A stretch of 61,314 bases of DNA from an archaeon (GCA_002688265.1 NZCK01000031.1:1-61314); one strand, 5' to 3'. Numbered from the stretch's first letter, positions 9,857 through 19,957 are shown. Notes: a model not told the origin generated them from the sequence alone. Numbers and translations are program-made.

Positions 9857-9954
9857 TGGAAAAACAAAGTTTTTCCAATCGTTACGATAAAGGTCGTAAC
9901 ATATATGCAAATTCAAGGAATTTGCGAACGTTGCTACTGTTGTAGCAACATATA
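9857..9954. repeat. tandem dimer of a 49-bp unit, each with two hairpins (REP/MITE-like)
   Basis: Hairpins at 9857-9877, 9881-9900, 9907-9925 and 9930-9949; each unit ends in ATATA. Confidence 0.8.
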
Positions 9955-9982
9955 TAAATCAGAAAATACTTCTTAACTTACG

Positions 9983-10573
9983 ATGGTTCGAATAAGCAAA
10001 GCTAATTCTATTAACAAAAAAGCTTCAATTAATCTAGCTATGAGCACAATTGTTATGGTAATAATTGGAATGGTGATGCTAACAGCAGGTATTTTACTTA
10101 TGAAAACATTCATAACAGGAGCAGAAGAAATTAAAGATCAGCTTGATGCTCAAACTGAATCAGAATTAGAACGTTTACTACTTGATCAAGGAGCAAAAGT
10201 GGCTTTGCCTTTACATACAGTAACTATGGAAGCTGGTGAAGATCATATATTTGGAGTAGGAATACTTAACATAGATTCAACCCTATATAATGATGAGTTT
10301 TCACTAGAGTTAACTTTCTCAAAATTAATTGATGAAAATAGTCTTGAAGTAGAAGGTGCCAATGATATAGAAATTCTCTCTTGGCTTTTATACAATACCG
10401 AGACAATGATTATTGAAGAAAATGAACATAAAAGTGAAGCAATCTATGTGGGAGTACCAGAAGATGCTACTAAAGGCACATATATCTATAACGTTTATGT
10501 TTATTATGATGATGATGACACTGGAAAAACTAAGTATGATAGTGTGAAGAAGTTGTATGTGGCAGTGGAGTAA
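9983..10573 (+). CDS. class III signal peptide (pilin-like) protein
   Basis: NKKA|SINLAMSTIVMVIIG hydrophobic helix; beta-rich C-terminus. Confidence 0.75.
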   Translation: MVRISKANSINKKASINLAMSTIVMVIIGMVMLTAGILLMKTFITGAEEIKDQLDAQTESELERLLLDQGAKVALPLHTVTMEAGEDHIFGVGILNIDSTLYNDEFSLELTFSKLIDENSLEVEGANDIEILSWLLYNTETMIIEENEHKSEAIYVGVPEDATKGTYIYNVYVYYDDDDTGKTKYDSVKKLYVAVE

Positions 10574-10622
10574 TTACATTTTTTCAAGTAAGATTTATAA
10601 GCATATTTTCTCTTGTTCATTC

Positions 10623-10952
10623 ATGAATATAATTTTACCACTAATATTGCTGGTAATAGCAAATTTGGTCCTATATTGGATATTTTTTGGAAAAGCAAGA
10701 TTCGAAAGAAAATTACATTCACAAATAGTGGCCGCTCAGGCCGCTGGAAAGAAAATTTCCTCAGAAGAAGAAAGACAAATACTTCAAATGACTGGGTCAA
10801 AAATATCGAATATCTTTGGAAATAATGACCAAAGATTTTCAAATGACAAATTAGTTATAAGTAAAAAAGAAAAAAACCCCAAAGCAAAAATTAAATCAGT
10901 AAAAAAACCTTCAGAGAAATCAACAAAGAAAAGTGGTGTAAATAAAAAATGA
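10623..10952 (+). CDS. single-TM hypothetical protein with Lys-rich tail
   Basis: Start moved to ATG 10623 (TTTATAA ~28 bp upstream); N-terminal TM helix. Confidence 0.7.
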   Translation: MNIILPLILLVIANLVLYWIFFGKARFERKLHSQIVAAQAAGKKISSEEERQILQMTGSKISNIFGNNDQRFSNDKLVISKKEKNPKAKIKSVKKPSEKSTKKSGVNKK

Positions 10953-11473
10953 GTGAGAGAAGAATAATAGTTGATCATTTGAAATTTTCATATGAAGGTC
11001 TTTTTAACGTTGATGAAATGTATACAACCATTGTTCAATGGTTCTATGAGAAAGGTTGGGACTGGTACGAAAAAATGAACCAAGAACAAGTGACTGAAAC
11101 AGGTAAACATATAAAATTGGTTTTAGAGCCTTGGAAGAACTTAAGTGATTATCATCGTGAAGAAATGAGAATTAGAATTATCATGACAGATGTTAAAGAA
11201 GTAGATGTAGAGTTTGAAGGAAAAACAATGAGAATGCATCAAGGATTGATCAAAATAGTTTTTGATGGCTACCTCAAAACAGATAGACATGGTTGGTGGT
11301 CAGATAACATTTTTTGGTGGTGGGTAACTTATCTTTTTGATAGAATATTAATGAGGGATCACTTCAAAAAAGCAGAAAGTTGGGTTGAAAGTGATGTACA
11401 AGATGTTTTTGAAAAAATAAAAGTGTACTTGAACGCATATAATTATACTTATAGGAATAAACAATTAGAATAA
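10949..11473 (+). CDS. conserved hypothetical protein, paralog of the next gene
   Basis: YEGLFNV...YEKMNQE...LEPWK...GLIKIVFDG; ATGA overlap with the upstream stop. Confidence 0.8.
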   Translation: MSERRIIVDHLKFSYEGLFNVDEMYTTIVQWFYEKGWDWYEKMNQEQVTETGKHIKLVLEPWKNLSDYHREEMRIRIIMTDVKEVDVEFEGKTMRMHQGLIKIVFDGYLKTDRHGWWSDNIFWWWVTYLFDRILMRDHFKKAESWVESDVQDVFEKIKVYLNAYNYTYRNKQLE

Positions 11474-11525
11474 ACAATAAAATTGAATAAATAAGAGATA
11501 AGGATAATTGTACAGGGAATAAAAG

Positions 11526-12140
11526 ATGCCAGAATATCAAAATTACGGAGAAAGAAACCTAGTAATTAATCATAGGGCTCTAAACTATTCAGGAATATTT
11601 CACGTCAAAGAATTATTTGATGTGATTAATAAATCGCTATTAGATAAAGGATACACTCTTCGAGATAAGCGTAATGAAGAAGTTGTTAGCGAAACTGGAA
11701 AAAATTACTATCTGGAAATAAGGCCGTTTAAAGATAAAACTAAATACGTTGCCTTGATGCAAAAAATTGTTATTCGCCTTCGAAATGTTACCAAAACAGT
11801 ACAAGAATTTGATGGGAATCAGATAAATTTTGATAATGGGGAAATTGAAATTGTGTTCGACGCTTGGAGTTATACTGATTATGAAGATAGGTGGGGAATG
11901 AAACCAGTAGTATCTTTTATGAAAATGTTGATAAATCAATGGATAATGCATTTACCTATGGAATCTGGATTTACTAATGAACTTGTAAGTGATACAGCTT
12001 ATATCCATTCAAAAGTTAAAGAGTTACTAGAAAGTTATCGAAGACGTGATAGAACTTATGTGTCAGAAGTTGATGTTAGAAGTGAGATGGAGAAAGAAGT
12101 TTTAGAAGCTGAAAGGTCATCTAAATTTGCTTTAGAGTGA
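11526..12140 (+). CDS. conserved hypothetical protein, paralog of the previous gene
   Basis: YSGIFHV...DKRNEE...IRPFK...GEIEIVFDA. Confidence 0.8.
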   Translation: MPEYQNYGERNLVINHRALNYSGIFHVKELFDVINKSLLDKGYTLRDKRNEEVVSETGKNYYLEIRPFKDKTKYVALMQKIVIRLRNVTKTVQEFDGNQINFDNGEIEIVFDAWSYTDYEDRWGMKPVVSFMKMLINQWIMHLPMESGFTNELVSDTAYIHSKVKELLESYRRRDRTYVSEVDVRSEMEKEVLEAERSSKFALE

Positions 12141-12173
12141 GAGAATTTTTTGAAGTATTATTATTAAAAAGAT

Positions 12174-12824
12174 CTAAAAATTCATAAATTGGGTTTCTAA
12201 ATTTGCTAGCTCCATAATATAATCTGGAGCACTTTGGGATCTAATTGCGCTTCGAACAGTGTTTTCCCTGTACTCACTAATTGCGATTGATTTATCTTGG
12301 AAACAGATTGCAGAGATTTCAATTGATGGATCTTTAACATCATCAGGATGGTCAGCCATTTGGCAATCAAAGGAAATATCACTATTATCATAATTTCCAG
12401 GAATATTTTGGTCTTGAGTTCTTTGAAACACATCAATAATTCTATTAATACTTACTTTTCTTTGAAATTCAATAAAACTTCTGATATCATATTCAAGATT
12501 AGTTTCTAAACCAAAGGATTGAAGTGTGTTTGCGTGATCTTGCAAAGAATATAATAAATCTAAATTGTGTGTAAGTCTTTTTGTAAAGCTTGGGAATGAA
12601 TTATGACTAGGGGTTTTAGCATCTAAATAACCTTGTAATATATCACAATACTGCTCTTCTTTTAAAGGGTCATTAATACCTGCTATTTCTTCACTATACC
12701 TTGAAATATCTGGTGAAACCTCTAATTCACAAATGCTTGCAACATGTTCAGCAGGAGTTTCGTATATTTGAGGAGGACAACTTGAAATGAAAAGAAGCCC
12801 AATTAATGAGGTTAATGCTCTCAT
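12174..12824 (-). CDS. putative lipoprotein
   Basis: MRALTSLIGLLFISSC signal/lipobox; start moved to ATG 12824. Confidence 0.65.
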   Translation of the reverse strand: MRALTSLIGLLFISSCPPQIYETPAEHVASICELEVSPDISRYSEEIAGINDPLKEEQYCDILQGYLDAKTPSHNSFPSFTKRLTHNLDLLYSLQDHANTLQSFGLETNLEYDIRSFIEFQRKVSINRIIDVFQRTQDQNIPGNYDNSDISFDCQMADHPDDVKDPSIEISAICFQDKSIAISEYRENTVRSAIRSQSAPDYIMELANLETQFMNF

Positions 12825-12946
12825 AAGGCTAATATATTTCAACCATTTATAAACCTTTAGCTGTTTTTATCATTAAATAGTGGTTTATTTGTGAATGGTT
12901 GATTATGAATATTTATAAAGCACACAATGCTAGTTTATTTATATAG

Positions 12947-13711
12947 GTGGTTGTGGTGAAAAAAGGACAAATTACTGTGTTTATAATATTAGGTATTTTG
13001 TTATTAGTTGCCTTTTCTATGGCAATATTTGTAATGAATTTCATGACTACTGCAGATATAATTGAAGAACAAGGTGATTATAGCACAACTGATTCAATTC
13101 AATTGTATATTGAAAGTTGCTTAGAAACAGCAGCTGTAACTTCTTTAGTGAATATTTCTTCTTATGGAGGTTATTACAATTTACCATTATATTCTACTAC
13201 AGGAGCCTATATTAATGTGCCTTATTTCATTCGTTTTGGTACAAGTTACTTGCCAGAATCTGTATCTATTTCTGAGAATACTGAACATTTCTTTGAAGAT
13301 GCTTTTGATGATTGTATTGATCTTGAAATATTTGATGCTTATACTTTTTCTGGAGAGTTAGAATATGTTGAAGTATCTATAAATGATGATTCAGTTGATT
13401 TTGATTTATATTATCCATTAGTTGCTGAGAACTTAGATGGTTCCCAAACAGAATTTTCGTTATTCAGTACAAATATTGATGCAAATTTACTAATCATGTT
13501 TAATATTGCTTCAGAAATTACAAACAATCAGTTGGAGCATGCAGAGTATGTGTGTATAAGTTGTTTAGCACTACTTGGAAACCAATATCAAATGGATATA
13601 ACTACGGTTGATACAATTGATGGGACTTATTTTCAAATAGAAGACCCACAATTTGAAGAACAATATGGAGAAGTATTAATGTTTAGATTTATTCACAAAT
13701 ATTATGATTGA
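12947..13711 (+). CDS. class III signal peptide (pilin-like) protein
   Basis: KKG|QITVFIILG; YIESCL; GGYY. Confidence 0.8.
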   Translation: MVVVKKGQITVFIILGILLLVAFSMAIFVMNFMTTADIIEEQGDYSTTDSIQLYIESCLETAAVTSLVNISSYGGYYNLPLYSTTGAYINVPYFIRFGTSYLPESVSISENTEHFFEDAFDDCIDLEIFDAYTFSGELEYVEVSINDDSVDFDLYYPLVAENLDGSQTEFSLFSTNIDANLLIMFNIASEITNNQLEHAEYVCISCLALLGNQYQMDITTVDTIDGTYFQIEDPQFEEQYGEVLMFRFIHKYYD

Positions 13712-13758
13712 TTAAGTTTAATAATATAATAATTTAATAATTATTAAGAAAAGAAAAA

Positions 13759-16422
13759 ATGACTCTACTGAAAAACATTATTAGAAAATTGCTGATAAGC
13801 CTAGTTATTTTTTTATTGATGATTTCGACTGTAACTGCACCAGACGATTACACTGATTATTCTGAGTATGATGATCTTAGTACAGATTACTCAGACTACT
13901 CTGAAGATTCACTATATTTAGAAGATTATGATTATTATGATTTTGAAAATTATATGGGTGATGCTGCAGATACGTTCTATGCTACTTCTGATCCATTAGA
14001 ATGGGATTTAGATCAAGTGGATTTTTCAAATCCAGAAATATGGAATAATCCTAATGCTGATCAAATTTTTGCAAGAGAAGATAGTTACATGTTGTATTAT
14101 AATGATGATTTTTACCATAATTTTGATCAAGCAGTTGAACATTATGATGATGTAGACTGGAGCCAATTTAATTTTGGATCAAGTGCATTCTCTTATGATT
14201 CCATATATTGGGGAGGAGTTGAAGGTGAAACTGAATTTCATGATGCAATTGCTACTAATCAAAATGGTGCTTTAGATAAATATAAAGAAACATATTTGCC
14301 AGGTCAAACATTAAACATTCCAGATTTTTCAGATTCAAAAAATTCAATGGAGTTTGGAGAAGGAACATTATCAACTACTATCACTTCTTCGAGAGGAACA
14401 GTAACTACGAATGATTATGTGAACTTTGATGATCATCCTGGAGCAACATTTAGTGTAATGGATGATGGGGAAGTAAGGGTAATATATACAGGAGATAATA
14501 ATATTGATTCAAATAGTTTTGATGAAGATACGGAGGTAAAAGTTTTTTTTGTATCAGGAGAAGGAGAGTCTAATAACGTAGCATTTGATGATGGCAACAT
14601 TCCTGTTGAAGGAGATTTACTCTTCACAGAAGGTGAGTGGATATTGGATTCAGGAGATTCTGTAACAATAAATGGGATGCATCTAAATAATGACGGAACT
14701 GATTATGTAAAAATATCTGGTGTGGGATCTACTTATAATAATAGGGGAGTTCTACATGAAAATATTTACTCTGATTTGAGTTATGGAGATACAGTAGTTC
14801 ATGTTGGAGAAGACACTTTTGCAGTAGTAAGAAATTGTGATAGATGTGATGAAACAGGGCAAACTGAACCTTCTTTACAAGTTACAGTAACTCCAGAAAA
14901 CACTTATGGCATTCCTGTAGAAGAAAAAAATGATGATTTATTTTACTCTCAGCCATACGATGATCACTTAACTGTGACTGTTCATGATGGGTCTTTTGTA
15001 TGGAGTGAAGAAGAATCAAATGCTGAAGTTTATGGTGAAGTAGGAATAGAAAATGGTCATCGAGAAGTTTTAGTAGATGGAGCAGTTTACAGTAAGGCTA
15101 TATCTTATGAAAAAACAAGTTTAGGATCTGTAGCTTTTGATGTTGAAATCTTTGATGTTGAAGGTAATGATCCATACGCAGATTTAGATGATGCAAGTTT
15201 TACAAATACTTTTTCTTTTGGTGAGAATCAACAGATAACTTTTGGTGATGATGAAACTGATCAAAAAGTTGCACATTTTTCAGTCACTATAGATCCTTAT
15301 GAGGTTTTTGGAGATTATGAAGAGAGTGGAGACAAAGTAATTGTGGATGAAGCAGTTACTGTAATTAATGAGTTAGATGGAACAAATTTTTATCGGCCAT
15401 ATTTTATCATTAGTACTCCTGAAGACAATCCTGAATTTATAGAATCATATGAAATTGCAAGTGATATTATTGCAACTAATCTGCCTAAAGGGTACCAAGC
15501 AATGGTTATTCAATTAGAAGCAGATTATTCTGAAGAATTACAAAGTGAATCCAATGCACAGTTTTTAGAGATAATTGATGAACAAAATGATTTAGAACAT
15601 ATAGATTCGACAATATTAGGACATAGTTCATATTTTTATAACCCTCCAACTCACCAGAGTAAGGGAGGAAGAGGAGTCTATGTGGTTTCTGGATTACAAA
15701 TTGATGCTAGTTCAGGAACAGAGGAGTTAACAAGTTCAGAATTAGATGGATTAAGTACAATTTTAGGAAAAGATATTTATTCTGGTTATGATCTTTCTTC
15801 AGGAGAACTACAAAAGCTAGAGGAATACAATAATAAACAGGTTTCTTCATTTGAAACAGAAATTTTTCTTGATGCAGCAGATGTCGATATAAATTCTCGT
15901 GTAGATGATGCATTAGGATGTAATGAAGCTTTAGAAAAATATGCTGAGTTACGTTTAGATGTTATTAGTGAAGGGATAGAATCAGGAATTATTACTCAGG
16001 GGACTAGAGAAGAATTTAGTAATGGTGAAGTAGATTTTTTTGAAGAGTTAATAGGCGATAGTGGATTGGCCTATAATGGCTTAAATATTCAAGATGAAGA
16101 AGCAGCTGCAACAATGGAAGCAATGTTATCTGAGCGAATAGATGAAGTGGATGAGTATTATTATGGTTTGGAAATTGGAAGTTCAACAGATCTTAAGCAA
16201 GATGAAGAGGTTTATGGTACAGGAATTACTACTGAGGCATTACCTTATTTTGCTGCGATGAGAGTAATAGAAGTACAGTATGTGAGTGAATTACAAGAAC
16301 TAGAAAGAGAAAAAGGAAGATCGTTAACTGAACCAGAACTACTAGCATTTGGTGTAGAAAAAGATATTGATTTTCAATGTGAAAAATTAGGCGATTCTGA
16401 ATACAAAGAAATTACTTGCTAA
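13759..16422 (+). CDS. large secreted acidic surface protein
   Basis: Signal peptide; D/Y/S-rich N-terminus; 887 aa, very acidic. Confidence 0.8.
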   Translation: MTLLKNIIRKLLISLVIFLLMISTVTAPDDYTDYSEYDDLSTDYSDYSEDSLYLEDYDYYDFENYMGDAADTFYATSDPLEWDLDQVDFSNPEIWNNPNADQIFAREDSYMLYYNDDFYHNFDQAVEHYDDVDWSQFNFGSSAFSYDSIYWGGVEGETEFHDAIATNQNGALDKYKETYLPGQTLNIPDFSDSKNSMEFGEGTLSTTITSSRGTVTTNDYVNFDDHPGATFSVMDDGEVRVIYTGDNNIDSNSFDEDTEVKVFFVSGEGESNNVAFDDGNIPVEGDLLFTEGEWILDSGDSVTINGMHLNNDGTDYVKISGVGSTYNNRGVLHENIYSDLSYGDTVVHVGEDTFAVVRNCDRCDETGQTEPSLQVTVTPENTYGIPVEEKNDDLFYSQPYDDHLTVTVHDGSFVWSEEESNAEVYGEVGIENGHREVLVDGAVYSKAISYEKTSLGSVAFDVEIFDVEGNDPYADLDDASFTNTFSFGENQQITFGDDETDQKVAHFSVTIDPYEVFGDYEESGDKVIVDEAVTVINELDGTNFYRPYFIISTPEDNPEFIESYEIASDIIATNLPKGYQAMVIQLEADYSEELQSESNAQFLEIIDEQNDLEHIDSTILGHSSYFYNPPTHQSKGGRGVYVVSGLQIDASSGTEELTSSELDGLSTILGKDIYSGYDLSSGELQKLEEYNNKQVSSFETEIFLDAADVDINSRVDDALGCNEALEKYAELRLDVISEGIESGIITQGTREEFSNGEVDFFEELIGDSGLAYNGLNIQDEEAAATMEAMLSERIDEVDEYYYGLEIGSSTDLKQDEEVYGTGITTEALPYFAAMRVIEVQYVSELQELEREKGRSLTEPELLAFGVEKDIDFQCEKLGDSEYKEITC

Positions 16423-16436
16423 GATTTTATTGATCT

Positions 16437-17705
16437 TTAGATTTCTTCTCCAACTAAACTAAAAATACGAGTTTTTACAACTTTTACTCTTATTTTTTGC
16501 CCTAATTTATATTCTCCATTGACAACAACTTGATTGTAACTTAGGGTGAATCCAATCCATTGGTCAGCTTCTTTGCCTTTTTTAGTTAGATGGATGTTTC
16601 CTTCCCAACCTAACCATTTTTCATGTTTTAATCTAGATATGTTCTGGGAGATTTCAGTTATTATTTGGCTTCTTCTTTTTATTTCACTACCTTCAACTTT
16701 GTCTTTAATTCTTTCTGCAGACGTGTTTGGTCTTGCCCAAAACTTAGAAACATTAGTGTAGTCTGGACTTGTTTTTCTTAAACAAGTTTGAGTATCAAAA
16801 AATTCTTCTGGTGTCTCTGTTGGAAATCCAACAATGATATCAGTCATAATTGAAATCTCTGGTATTGCTAACCGGAATGTTTGAACTTGTTTTAGAAAAT
16901 TTTGAACTTCGTATTGTCTTTTCATAAGTTCTAAAACTCTATTGTTTCCTGCTTGAATGGGTAGATGTAAAAATTTGAAAATCTTAGGGTGCTGATAAAT
17001 TTTAATTAGTGGGTCTTGAATTTTTATTAAGTGATCTGGATTCATCATCCCTACTCTGATTTTATAGTCTCCTGGAATTTTAACAAGTTCATTTAGAAGA
17101 GAAGGAAGGTTGGTGTTGATATCAAAACCATAACATCCTGTGTCTTGACTTGTTAGCCATATCTCTTTTATTCCTTCTTGAATTGCTTTTTGTGCTCGTT
17201 TTACGATTTGGTCAATTGGATAACTGATTAGATTTCCTCTGGCTGATTTTGTTTTGCAAAAACTACAAAAGCCTAAACAACCGCGGTTGATTGGAATAAT
17301 TTCAATAACAGGATTTCTGCGAACAAGTGGTAAATTTAATGGAGGCATTTCTTTAACATTTATTGCTCTTACAATATTATTATTCAACGCTTCTTCGACA
17401 ACTTCTACAACTTTATGAATTTGTTTGGTTCCAATCAATGGATATTCTGGATATTTTTTTGGGTCAGATTGGGCGATACAACCCGCTAGAATAATTATTT
17501 TGTAACCGTCTTTTAGTTCTTCGAATCTTTTTTGAATCTTTGATTCTGTTGGGCCTTTAACTGTACATGAGTTTATGATGATGATATCAGCCTCTTCTTC
17601 AATGTCTGTTATTATGAATTCTGCTTCTTTGAGCAGTCCCTTCATTTGTTCAGAATCAGCGATATTGGCAGCACAGCCAAATGTTTCGAAATATATTTTT
17701 GTCAT
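16437..17705 (-). CDS. mtaB: tRNA t6A37 methylthiotransferase (MtaB/CDKAL1 type)
   Basis: TFGCAAN, NSCTV and AGC (UPF0004 Cys residues), CLGFCSFC, TDIIVGFPTET, C-terminal TRAM domain. Confidence 0.85.
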   Translation of the reverse strand: MTKIYFETFGCAANIADSEQMKGLLKEAEFIITDIEEEADIIIINSCTVKGPTESKIQKRFEELKDGYKIIILAGCIAQSDPKKYPEYPLIGTKQIHKVVEVVEEALNNNIVRAINVKEMPPLNLPLVRRNPVIEIIPINRGCLGFCSFCKTKSARGNLISYPIDQIVKRAQKAIQEGIKEIWLTSQDTGCYGFDINTNLPSLLNELVKIPGDYKIRVGMMNPDHLIKIQDPLIKIYQHPKIFKFLHLPIQAGNNRVLELMKRQYEVQNFLKQVQTFRLAIPEISIMTDIIVGFPTETPEEFFDTQTCLRKTSPDYTNVSKFWARPNTSAERIKDKVEGSEIKRRSQIITEISQNISRLKHEKWLGWEGNIHLTKKGKEADQWIGFTLSYNQVVVNGEYKLGQKIRVKVVKTRIFSLVGEEI

Positions 17706-17718
17706 AGAAATTCCTTGT

Positions 17719-18294
17719 TTATTCTTGCTCTTTTGATTCTGTATTTTGTTCAGCTAATATTCCTAAAACTTGCTTATCTCTTTTTTGTTTGAGTAAGTCA
17801 AGGTAGGAAGTGAAATCAGGTGGTGTTCCTTTTGAAATCCTTCCACCATGATACTCTATGTTAGGTCTATCTGTTTGAATGGAGATTCTTTCTGTATCTT
17901 CTACACTGGTTTCTGTTTGATCAGATTCATTTGTTGGTGATTGATCAAAAAAGGTAATTGTACTTTTGTTATTATCAGTTGGATTAAGATTGTTATCAGA
18001 ATCAAATAATTCAGATTTGAAGCTTGATTGTTCTTTTAATTCTTCTAGATTATTACCTTCAGTTTTATTTTCAATATTTACTTTTTCTAATTTCTCTTGT
18101 TCTACAGCTTCTTCATTCTTTTGCACATCAAAGATGCCTGGCCCACTTGGCCGGTGGGTTTTAGGGAATTTAGGAATGTTTGCTAGAATCTCTGAATCAT
18201 CTTCAACTATTGGCTTAGTATATTGCTTTAGAATATCAATTGCTCTATTTATATCTTCAGGAGAGTCTTTAATAGTATCAATTGTGATTATCAT
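17719..18294 (-). CDS. hypothetical protein, largely disordered
   Basis: ITIDTIKDSPEDINRAI N-terminus; tightly upstream of mtaB. Confidence 0.7.
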   Translation of the reverse strand: MIITIDTIKDSPEDINRAIDILKQYTKPIVEDDSEILANIPKFPKTHRPSGPGIFDVQKNEEAVEQEKLEKVNIENKTEGNNLEELKEQSSFKSELFDSDNNLNPTDNNKSTITFFDQSPTNESDQTETSVEDTERISIQTDRPNIEYHGGRISKGTPPDFTSYLDLLKQKRDKQVLGILAEQNTESKEQE

Positions 18295-18358
18295 ATAAAA
18301 TAAGTATTAGCTTGACTATAAATGGTTTTTGATTATTGAGTATTCTGATTTCTAGAAA

Positions 18359-18928
18359 TCATCTTCTTCTTCTTGGAGACATCTCGAATTTAATCAAATC
18401 TTCAATATTACTTATTCCTTCTTCCTTCTCTAAATGTGTTAAGAAATTGTTGAAAACTTGAGTGGTAACCTCTACATCTGCCATTGCTCTGTGAGCTTGC
18501 TGATTGGTTAGATCAAAATATTCACAGAGATCTTGTAAACGTTTTCTTGGAAGCTCAGGCAGAATCCGATTTGCTAATTTTCTAGTACAAAGCCTTTTGT
18601 TTTCTAAACAATGGTTGTGATGCTTTTGGCAATTATGTTCCAAGAATCCAAAATCGAAACTAGCATTGTGTGCAACAAACACATCGTTTCCTAAGAATTG
18701 AATGAAATAAGGTAGAATCTCTTTAATGGTTGGTGAATCTTTGACCATCTCGTTATTTATACCAGTTAGTCTTGTTATGAATTTTGGGATATCAGTTTGA
18801 GGGTTTACTAGGGATTGGAATTGTTCTACTATTTCTCCGTTTTTTACTTTCACTGCTGCAATTTCAGTGATTTGGTTATTGTGTTTAGAAAGTCCTGTTG
18901 TTTCGATATCTATTACTGTAAAAACCAT
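18359..18928 (-). CDS. DEDDh 3'-5' exonuclease (DnaQ/PolC-type domain)
   Basis: DIETTG, AHNASFD, HRAMAD. Confidence 0.95.
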   Translation of the reverse strand: MVFTVIDIETTGLSKHNNQITEIAAVKVKNGEIVEQFQSLVNPQTDIPKFITRLTGINNEMVKDSPTIKEILPYFIQFLGNDVFVAHNASFDFGFLEHNCQKHHNHCLENKRLCTRKLANRILPELPRKRLQDLCEYFDLTNQQAHRAMADVEVTTQVFNNFLTHLEKEEGISNIEDLIKFEMSPRRRR

Positions 18929-18973
18929 ACCACCACCAGAGATTTGTTTTTAGGAGGTAGTATTTATTATTTT

Positions 18974-19072
18974 GTGTTCACTGAGTGGTGCTCTGAAGCC
19001 ACAAGCCACTGACAACCTTTCAGGTTCTCATAAGATTGTGGAGTACTTTGTAACCCACAACCCACTGGTCAA
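18974..19072 (-). ncRNA. candidate structured small RNA of unknown family
   Basis: GC-elevated intergenic island with three hairpins; G-U pairs favour the minus strand; TATA-like tract at ~19085-19098. Confidence 0.4.
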
Positions 19073-19172
19073 GTATAGGATAGTTTTATTTATTAAAATT
19101 TATCAGAATTTCTGTTGGTTTACTTAGAAAGGAATTTTCAAATTAAATCAATTAGATAAGGGTAATTTTAAA

Positions 19173-19496
19173 ATGAATATCAATTCCACTAAACCTGTTA
19201 AAAATATTACAAAAACCTATTATAAATCATTAATTAAAGGAAAGGAAATTATCTTATCTCCACACGCTCTTGATCATTTAAGTAGTCGTCAGAGAAAGAT
19301 TTTTAATAAAGAAGATCTTATACAAATGATAAAGAAGGATAACCCAATTAGAATATATCTTCAAGAAAATAATAGATATAGAGTATATTATCGGAGAAGT
19401 GATGGGTTTAGAAATGTTATCCTCTCAATATTTAACCAAAGAGTTACGATTGTGTCTTTTATGAATATTAGGAATATACCAAAATATGAATTATAA
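19173..19496 (+). CDS. DUF4258-like (RelE-fold) putative toxin
   Basis: ILSPHALDHL...R; basic protein ending in VTIVSFM strand; 2 bp from its partner. Confidence 0.6.
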   Translation: MNINSTKPVKNITKTYYKSLIKGKEIILSPHALDHLSSRQRKIFNKEDLIQMIKKDNPIRIYLQENNRYRVYYRRSDGFRNVILSIFNQRVTIVSFMNIRNIPKYEL

Positions 19497-19498
19497 AA

Positions 19499-19882
19499 AT
19501 GGCAAGAAAAAATTTGAGTGGGAAAGGGAAGTTTACATATAATCATAAAGATGATGTTTTATTATTCAAAATACTGGATCGTGATTATGATTATTCAGTT
19601 GAATTCAAAAATTTTGTAGCTGATGTTGATGTTGATGGGTTTGTAAGTGGTATTCGGATTTTTGATGCATCGAAAGTGTTTGGAATGGCTAAATATGCTT
19701 TAAGGAGCATAAAAAATTGGACATTTGAAGTTTCTATTGAGAAGAATATGGTCACTATTAAGTTTAATTTTATTGCTGAGATTAGGAATAAAGACATTTC
19801 TTTACAGAATTTTTCACAGCAATTAACTTCGATGGAAACTCATAATTTGATGGAAGCATTTGTAAGATGTGCAGAAGCGTGA
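19499..19882 (+). CDS. DUF2283 domain putative antitoxin
   Basis: YNHKDDVL...SVE...DVDVDGFVSGIRIFDASK. Confidence 0.75.
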   Translation: MARKNLSGKGKFTYNHKDDVLLFKILDRDYDYSVEFKNFVADVDVDGFVSGIRIFDASKVFGMAKYALRSIKNWTFEVSIEKNMVTIKFNFIAEIRNKDISLQNFSQQLTSMETHNLMEAFVRCAEA

Positions 19883-19957
19883 AGTTTTTTTGGTCCTACA
19901 CAACAAAAAAGTTTTCTTCCTAATAAAATATATAAACCTATAGGCATAATTCAAAAT

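Noticed and set aside
19005-19035. Hammerhead or C/D-box reading of CUUAUGAG...CUGAAA on the minus strand
   Set aside because: CUGANGA core and stem II are absent, and the C/D spacing is implausible
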